The notes under the pieces: generated by a model
What the model was told of the DNA's origin: nothing
The model's input: the letters and a program-made list of their open reading frames with translations, nothing else
Databases searched by the model: none
Part shown: piece after piece, positions 37,980-45,739 of the stretch
Layout of the letters: the number at the start of each line of letters is the position of its first letter
How positions within the stretch are numbered: position 1 is the stretch's first letter
Program-made: the position numbers and the translations under genes
Assembly: GCA_038496445.1 (NCBI GenBank)
Contig: JALMLS010000223.1
Location: forward strand, 1-45,739
Source: Trichosphaerium sp. ATCC 40318
Taxonomy: Eukaryota > Protista > Tubulinea
DNA length: 45,739 nt
Direction: 5' to 3'

Positions 37980-40305
37980 ATGACAGACGCAGCTGAAGCA
38001 AGTGACTCTGAACAATTCTCAAAGCTTGTCGATAAGAGGAAAAGCGTACCCGCTGATGCCAAGGGTTCTTTAAAGGGTAGTAGAAGGATTAAAACAGCAC
38101 AGGCACCGGCGGCTGGCGGACTGACAGAGGAGCTAATAAGAAGCGCCCAAACTTCGAATGCTAGGCATAGTACAAAGCCTGGTATGGACCTTTGGTTTGT
38201 CGCACGTGCACAACCTGTTTTGGTCGGTAGTCCGGATGACGATGTACAATATGGAGTGTTGGATGTACAATTACATATCCATAAACTAGTCGATATTGAA
38301 TGGCAATTCCCTGGTACGGAAAAAAAGATCTTATTTAGTGAATGTTTGTCTTCGTTCTTTTCTGCTTTAAAACGTCTTCTCCGCATCTCCAATATTCTTT
38401 CATGAGTCAACAAAGGGTTTTGGTAATGTAGGAGAGTAGTCAAGCAAAAAGGACTTCGCAGTTTTGTTAGTATTCTAAAACCTTTAGTTTCGCCTCAGTT
38501 GGGCGTCTGCACGCGTTGGAAGGGTGATGAAACGCCTGATAATTATTTTACTACAACGCATGTTTCTTGTGAAGCATTAACAAGCGGACCTATCGTACGT
38601 TTATATTTAACACGTGATTAAATTGTTTACGAGTGTTTTAATTTTTTTGTGTTTTTTGCCTCTATTTTTTTTAGTTATCGACATATCTAACTCCGTTGTT
38701 TTAGCAAAGTGTATGGTCTGAAGATGGTATGCTTATTAAAGAACCTGGTACAAGCTTTGAACTAGAGTTTTTGATTCAAACAGAAGCAGCAGACAGTACG
38801 TAGTATCAAAAGCAAGAAAAACTCAATTGGTTCTCCTTGTTGATGAAGAAAACACCTTTGTGCCTTTTTGTCGATTTTAGTTTTTTATCACGTGATTCTA
38901 TCGGTTTTTTTCTAATAGGTGTTAGTTGCTGTTGCCAGATTAAACTTATGGGAAATAAGAAACGCAATGAAGAAGTTGACACCTCAATGCAAAGACTCTC
39001 TATGTGACTTTATACTACCGCTCCAAGGAGGTCCTGGTATTAAGAGAAAGGCAAAAGGAAAACTACATGTAAGAGCTAGATTGATGGGCACCGACATGTT
39101 TGACTGTTGTACGTTTCAACCTTAAAAAAAACGCATTTTATTGGATGTCGTTGTAACGTTTCTTCTTAGTGACGTATCAACCGCTAAAAGATCATTACTA
39201 CGCCAACCCAGCATTGGTAATGAATCTTAAGGATAGAAAGCAAGTATGCCACTATTTGAACATGGCTAAACTGTACCCAATTATGGTAAGTTTTTGAACT
39301 TGTTTTATTTATTCGTCTTTTTTGTTCTTACTGGTCTCTTGTTTAGCATAATTTAATGAATCTTGGTCTCTATTTCAACGGATGCATACTTAAGCCGTTA
39401 ATAGAAACACGTGATTGTAGTCTATACTTAGAAACGATGGAAAATCTACCTTCAAAAGACTTGCATGCAGCTCAACAAGTTTATGCTTATGTTACTGCAA
39501 ACTTGTTTCATGGTTACTACAGATCCTTCAAGTCAAAGTCATTGGTGCCTTTAAAGGCTTTTGTAACTGCGTTGGATCGGGTTACAGCCGTCTCCACACG
39601 CCAAGAGATGTGTGATAGTACGTAGTTTTTTCTTTCAGAAAAAGTAAAAAAATTTGCTATTGGCCGTTTTTCGCTAATTGTACCTTTGTAGTAAGTTACA
39701 TGATGATGGATAAGAATCAAAATAATAAGCTATCTTTTAAAGAGTTTAGAATGATGAATAAGCAGTGCTCTATCTTACACAGAATATTTTTTCAAAGCCA
39801 ACTTCCGTAAGTTCTTTACCTTTCATTTTCTACAATTTGAAGATCTCTGTAATTTTATCTTGTCAGCTTTTGGATGATCTTAATGGTTTTTAATAGGTTC
39901 CTTGTTGATAAAATAATGAAAGACATAAACGTTCGTGAAGATAAACGTGTAAAAATACGAGCAAAAGTAAAACTAGAAAAATATATGAAAAAATACCAAT
40001 TGAAGAAAATGACAAAAGAAATAACAAACTTTGGATATGTACGCACTTTTTATTGTAAATACATACTACTATATCCATAAAACAATTCTAGTATAAATTT
40101 AGTATCACGTGACTAACTTGTTTCATAGAAAATGGCAAACTCTGATGGTGACGCTAAAATTACTCTTTTTGAGTATACAGAGTGGTTTCTTAACCCTATT
40201 GATCAACAAACAATGGCCGGTTTTGCGGAAAAAGAAGTATTAGAAACTCTAGAGACATTCCAAAGATATGTTATAGCACATGAGAGTAGATTAAGAAACC
40301 TGTAG
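37980..40305 (+). CDS. multi-exon hypothetical protein with C2-like and EF-hand-like segments
   Basis: Chain of GT-AG bounded exons. GVLDVQLHIHKL...FELEFLI...AVARLNL...GKLHVRARL is C2-like; MANSDGDAKITLFEY is EF-loop-like. Start uncertain. Confidence 0.55.
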
Positions 40306-40465
40306 ATAAACTATTGAAAAAAAGAAAACCGTTTAGTTTGAACAGTAGCTTATTGTATATTTGAACTGTTGAAAATATGAGTTCATTTCACTCCCCACGT
40401 GATTTATCGCTCTAAAACAACGCAACTTAGTTCTGTACATTGACGCGTAACCAAAATCAGGTAAC

Positions 40466-40790
40466 ATGTCGATGAACACGGGAAATAGCAGTTTACCCAC
40501 CAAATATTGCTGAACTGGTTAACGGTTTTTAAACAGATTACAATTAAAATTTATTTTTGCTTCGTTAGGGCAGTATGAGGATATGGGTAGAAGCTGTAGA
40601 ATCACTTGTAGCCATAGCAAAGGAATATGGCAAGATATTATCCAAAAACGAGATAAAAACAAGGTACTGGCTGGTGTTCACAATTAATTTAAGTTTCTTG
40701 TCAACATGTGACAGATGTTGGTATTAAAGCGTTACGTGATGCTCATACGATAGAATTGAGCGACAATAGAAACATTACAGACGAAGGTAT
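40466..40790 (+). pseudogene. chimeric remnant: 5' part of the 14-3-3-like gene (exon1-intron1-exon2) joined to LRR repeats
   Basis: About 40461-40652 is a frameshifted copy of 3482-3677 including the intron. It is followed by LAGV...HVTDVGIKALRDAHTIELS...ITDEG. Confidence 0.8.
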
Positions 40791-41771
40791 GTATGTAATT
40801 GGTGGGTTCATAATATTTGGATTGGGTTCCGTGCTTGTATTACAAAAGAATGTATTGAGCTTGCTTGTATCTATTTTTCAAACTCTTCATCCTCTTCTTG
40901 AAGAACAGAACTATTTTCATTGCAAGTCTTGGCTTGTTTTAAGAAACCCGGTGTATGTTACGAAGACAGTCACCGGAATCCAACCGCGAAATCTGCTGCA
41001 AAAAAGGAGGTAAACCCTTTAACTTCGTTGGTTCCTTTCATTTCACACTGAAGTTTACAACCTTATTTTAACGCTTGACTACCCTTCACCTTTGTTCTTT
41101 TGTGTTTCAGCGATGAGTTACTTGAAGCAGGAAACAATATGATCTGGGAAATAAGAATGAAGCTATTGGATATTTGTGATCACTTTTATTGCTGGCTATG
41201 CACACCTAAAAGCTCTAAATACAATGTTCTAAAGACAACGCTGACAGTGTTTGTTGATATTGCGTCTTTGGTGTATTCTTACTTTTTTCCAATGGCTAAA
41301 GTCTTAGCAACTCCGGGAGGTGCATAGACAGGCCAAGTTGTACCTATTCTTCGTGTATTCTATGAGTGAATTGTACCTATCAGGAATGAATATGATAAAA
41401 CAGAATTCACGTTTGAACAAGAACAAGACAAACCGCTGCAGGTCCAGGATTTGATTATTTAGCCAAGGAGGTAAAAACCTGAAGAGAAATATAACGGTGC
41501 CGTAAGTATCACTGTGCTGCTAATAACGCCAGTGCAGCCATCAAATATTTCAGAGATACAAGACAATTCAATGATGTAGTGTTATATTGGAGCTTTGAAT
41601 AAAGTGATCTAGTCAAATGTTGATAGTTTATTTATTCTAGGTACATGGGAAGGGTGCCTGGTATGTTCAAGGACATTGTAAGTTGAGAAGGAATTCTCTC
41701 CAACATGTATTGTAGACTCTACCAGAATGCGGGATCTACTTCATGCTTTGCAAGGTTAACTTTAGGTGTGG

Positions 41772-42890
41772 CTAACAGTTCTGAAACAATTTTAATTCAT
41801 TATGATTTGTAATTAAGGTATGAACGCCTGAAAGAGGCTTGATTCCTTCATCTGTGATATTGCAATAAGAAAGATCTATTGTATGAACACCTGAAAGCGC
41901 TTTTATACCTTCATCTGTTACATGACACCAAGAAAGGTTAATTGTGTGAACGCCTGAAAGAGCTTTTATACCTTCATCTGTGACATGTTTACACTCAGAA
42001 AGGTTAATTGTGTGAACACCTGAAAGAGCTTTGATTCCTTCATCTGTGACATTGCAATGTGAAAGATCTATTGTATGTACACCTGAAAGCGCTTTTATAC
42101 CCTCATCTGTAATCTGTTTACACCCAGAAAGGGTAATTGTGTGAGCATATGAAAGAGCCTTGATTCCTTCATCTGTGACATTGCAATGAGAAAGATCTAT
42201 TGTATGTACACCTGAAAGTGCTTTTATACCTTCATCTGTAACATATTCACACCAAGAAAGGTTAATTGTGTGAACGCCTGAAAGAGCTTTTATACCTTCA
42301 TCTGTAACATATTCACACCCAGAAAGGTTAATTGTGTGAGCACATGAAAGAGCCTTGATTCCTTCATCTGTGACATTGCAATGAGAAAGATTTATTGTAT
42401 GAACACCTGAAAGTGCTTTGATACCTTCATCACCAACGCCGCAGCAACTGCATAGATTAATAGTGTGAACACCTGAGAGTGCCTTGATTCCTTCATCACC
42501 AATGGCCCAGCATTGAGAAAGATCTATTGTATGAACACCTGCAAATGCTTGTACAACCTTATTAGTATTACATTCGCACTCAGGAAGGGTGTTTAGTAGG
42601 GAATTATCAAAAATTCTGATTTTAGTTTTCTTAAGAGTGCTAGCGTGTTTTAGAAGTGACTTCGCTTGTGACATTGTTGCAATTGTAACAGTGTCATATC
42701 CAATAAGGTCGTGGATGACTGAAGCCATACGATGACAGGTTTGACATGCTGCAAATCGTGCTTTTGTTGTTTGTTTTAAAATATGAGCTAAAATCTCTGT
42801 CGGCAGTTCCAGAAGGCTTGTTGGCACACTTTTGGAATTTTAGAGCAGCGAAATACATAAGTAAAGCGTTTTGCACCTTTGATTTGACAT
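41772..42890 (-). CDS. F-box + 21-22 aa leucine-rich repeat protein; exons 42890-42877 and 42828-41772
   Basis: ATGTCAAATCAAAG|GTGC...AAAG|T GTG gives MSNQSVPTSLLELPTEILAHIL (F-box). Eleven full GVHTI[DN]LSxC(x)xVTDEGIKALS repeats plus a partial one. Confidence 0.88.
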
Positions 42891-43034
42891 TAGTTCTGCC
42901 GTAAACAGTTTCTTTTTAGCGTTAGGGAGTGTAAATAGTAAATATTACTGCGCTTTCGAAACACGTGTTTTTATAGCTTTAGCGGTCTCGCTTTTTCTTA
43001 TTTTTGTGCTTACGCGAGTTTACAACACGTGCAT

Positions 43035-45739
43035 ATGATAAAACTACGTATATTAGCACTCTTTCTTGTGCTTTACGTTGTACCAAACATAGCTCAAATT
43101 ACTGAGTGCCCCGCTTCGCAAAGAACAGTAGCACAAGAAGAAGACCTTATTAACTTCCTCAAAATACTCCAACGTACGTCAAATAAACTTCAAATTTTTA
43201 ATCACGTGATTCAAGCTAAACAATTAATTACCAATGTGTCCTTATTATCTTTAATCAGGGGATATAACGGGATGGAATCCGCCTATAAATTTTAGTATAA
43301 GCGACAATATAGATTTAGGTAATCACATATGTTTTGGAATACCTTATATCACCTGCGTTGGTTTTAGCGTTGGTAACCAAGATTGTAGGTTTATAAAATC
43401 AATGTACGTTTATAACTTTATTAAGCTGCCCGTAAACTACTTATTTTATACATCCACGCGTATATAAATGCTCTCGAGATAGCTAGAATTTTGCACCACT
43501 TCACTCAACCAACTAAACAAAAAAACAAATACGAACACTTTTCTTGCTATCCTCCGCGTCACTGTACTAACTTATGTTGCTCTAGAAAATACACTGAACC
43601 AAATGAACTGCAAGGATTTATGTCTGAAGAGTTATTTGCTTCTCTTGCCGATGCTACTAATGCCTTGGTAGTTAGTTCGTTTACAGAGTTGTACGTTGTT
43701 TTTATTGAAACGCGACAACACGTGTGCCGAGCCTCGTTTGCTTGCTTGTATTCTCGTTCTATTCTAATTTGTTGATATAGTATTATCCAAGATCAGCCAA
43801 GACTAGTAGGAGATATACCAACTAGTTTATTTAATTTTTTTCCGCGAGACTCCACTAGGATCAATGGACTTGAAACTTTAATAATTTCAAACACGAGTAT
43901 GGGAGGTTCTATGGTAGAAGATACAACTCTACTTTCAGCAATAACTATGTGCGCGTTTGACTTCTTATCACATGTTTATCACGTGATATTTTGGACGAAA
44001 GAAATAGAAAAAACTCATTTTATTTAACATTGTACTGCCGTGCTTTTCTATTGCCAATGATCACGACACTTATTTGTTGTACATAGCGACTTTTCAAACA
44101 ACAGAATGACTGGTGGAATCCCTCCAGAATACGTGGATAAAACAATACTCAATAATTTAGTCAACATGAACCTGAAGAATAACCAACTGAGTGGTGAACT
44201 ACCACCAACGGACAATGATATATTAGAATTGTACGTATCAAAAAAAAAAAAAAGTAACACGTGTTCATTTGGCTTCTCTGTGAGTCTTCACATACTTACT
44301 TTAAATAATATAGGGATGTCTCTTTCAATGGCTTTACAGAGTACTCAGGACCTATTAAAATAAAGTCGTTGTACGTTGTCATCTTTGCCATAGTGAAGTT
44401 ATCGAAGTACATTGCTAACCGTAATGCATTCTAGGATAGCTTCGAACAACTCACTTACGACATTTCCGCCAATTACATTCAATGGTTTATCGGTTTTGTA
44501 TGAACTTCGAAGTGTGTTAGCCTTTTTCTAAACTGGTTATGCCTATAGGAATCTCGAAGGAAACGATATTCAGAGTACTATACCAGAAGCTTTGCTAGCA
44601 TCGCCAACTTTAGAAGTACTGTAAGTCTACCACTGCCAGCTTAATACGTTGATTTGCTCAATGAAGATACGCTTTAGACGACTTGGACATAATAAATTCG
44701 AAGGAAGATTGCCGGAGAGTCTAACAAACACAGAATCATCTATTCTTAGTGTCTTGTATGTGCCTAGTACTAGATAGTTCATTAGTAATCACAAACACAC
44801 TTTAGAGACATTCAAAACAACATAATACGCGGGAGGCTACCAACAAACTTATTTGCTCTAAAGAAACTAACAGAATTGTACGTTTTCTGAGTAAAGTCTT
44901 TCTGTTTTCTCATCACGTGTTCTAGCCGTGCCAACCGAAATTTCCTTTACTACACTATTCCTTCTCTTCCAGTTGATACTTTGCTACTACATCTGTACGT
45001 CAGACACGCAGTATATGAATACTAATAAGTCAAAAGCGATTTACAAGATAACTACTTCAGTGTATGTCCCGAAGACTTATTAGCAAATGTAGCTACGAAC
45101 ACATTACAAACATGGTAATTTTAAGTGTAGTATAATAATACAACTCACGCACGCACGTAGTATTCTCGATTGTAATCACTTTCATGACTGTGAAACATGT
45201 GATATCAGCAAGCTTTCTGTGTGCGTTACAGATCAGACAACTCTTTGTTCAGAAGAAAATACATGCCGTAAGTGTTCTAACCTTTTTTGGACATCACTAA
45301 TCTACTGTTAAGGAATGGACAACATGAACACCTTGCCTCCTATTTTAGAACCATCAGCTGCCGCACCAACAGCACGTGCGTACACGTGGAATTTTATATG
45401 AATCAGAATTCGCCTTTTTTTTTTCTTATCATCTATTTCAGAAAGTGCACCAAAAGAGATTATTCCTGTTCGTCAATGCATCAGGACACTACCAAACGAT
45501 GAAGGTTTTGAACTTTATTTTGGTTATCACAATGAAGGCGGCCCACGTTTCATAGAAGCAGGCATGTGCTTCGAATCTCAAATAAGTGCTAAAACAGTAC
45601 AATTTAGGAAGTGTGAATAATCGCGTTTTTCCACCTCCTATAAACCAACACAATGTGTCCTTCTTTGCTCCAGGAAGGTCTCCAACATTCCCAGGTTATG
45701 TATTTTCTCTTACATCAGATGGTACAGAAGAGTTTATCA
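43035..45739 (+). CDS. signal-peptide extracellular LRR (receptor-like) protein, truncated by the window end
   Basis: MIKLRILALFLVLYVV signal. Plant-type eLRRs DFSNNRMTGGIP, NLKNNQLSGELP, NLEGNDIQSTIP, RLGHNKFEGRLP, DIQNNIIRGRLP, mostly one repeat per exon, followed by a Cys-rich segment. Confidence 0.85.

Noticed and set aside
41100-41760. Possible kinase remnant (GTWEG..V)
   Set aside because: One short motif among stops; insufficient evidence.

Overview
AT-rich, intron-rich eukaryotic nuclear DNA. Most introns are short (about 45-90 nt), often with GTACGT/GTAAGT donors, and a few appear to be GC-AG. The gene content suggests a protist, possibly amoebozoan (inference). Recognisable multi-exon genes: PRP43/DHX15 helicase, a secreted EEP-family hydrolase, a BTB-BACK-SPRY protein, a GH5 endoglycoceramidase-like enzyme, an FkbM-type methyltransferase, a very divergent 14-3-3, a type-I membrane protein and an extracellular LRR protein cut off by the window end. 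Fast-evolving material lies between them. (i) An 8-member family of small intronless orphan genes shares an ungapped C-terminal FP-x4-[LF]P-x3-R-x2-Y-x3-L motif; six members form an inverted/tandem cluster with near-identical upstream blocks and swapped N-termini. (ii) F-box-like genes carry either MORN-variant or 21-22 aa LRR repeats, all behind an ATG micro-exon plus a phase-2 intron, and several decayed copies are present. (iii) Three homologous intron-like elements are bounded by splice signals. (iv) MITE-like insertions sit inside introns. (v) The palindrome CACGTG is in strong excess in introns and promoters. All calls come from reading the sequence by eye, and exon boundaries are predictions.
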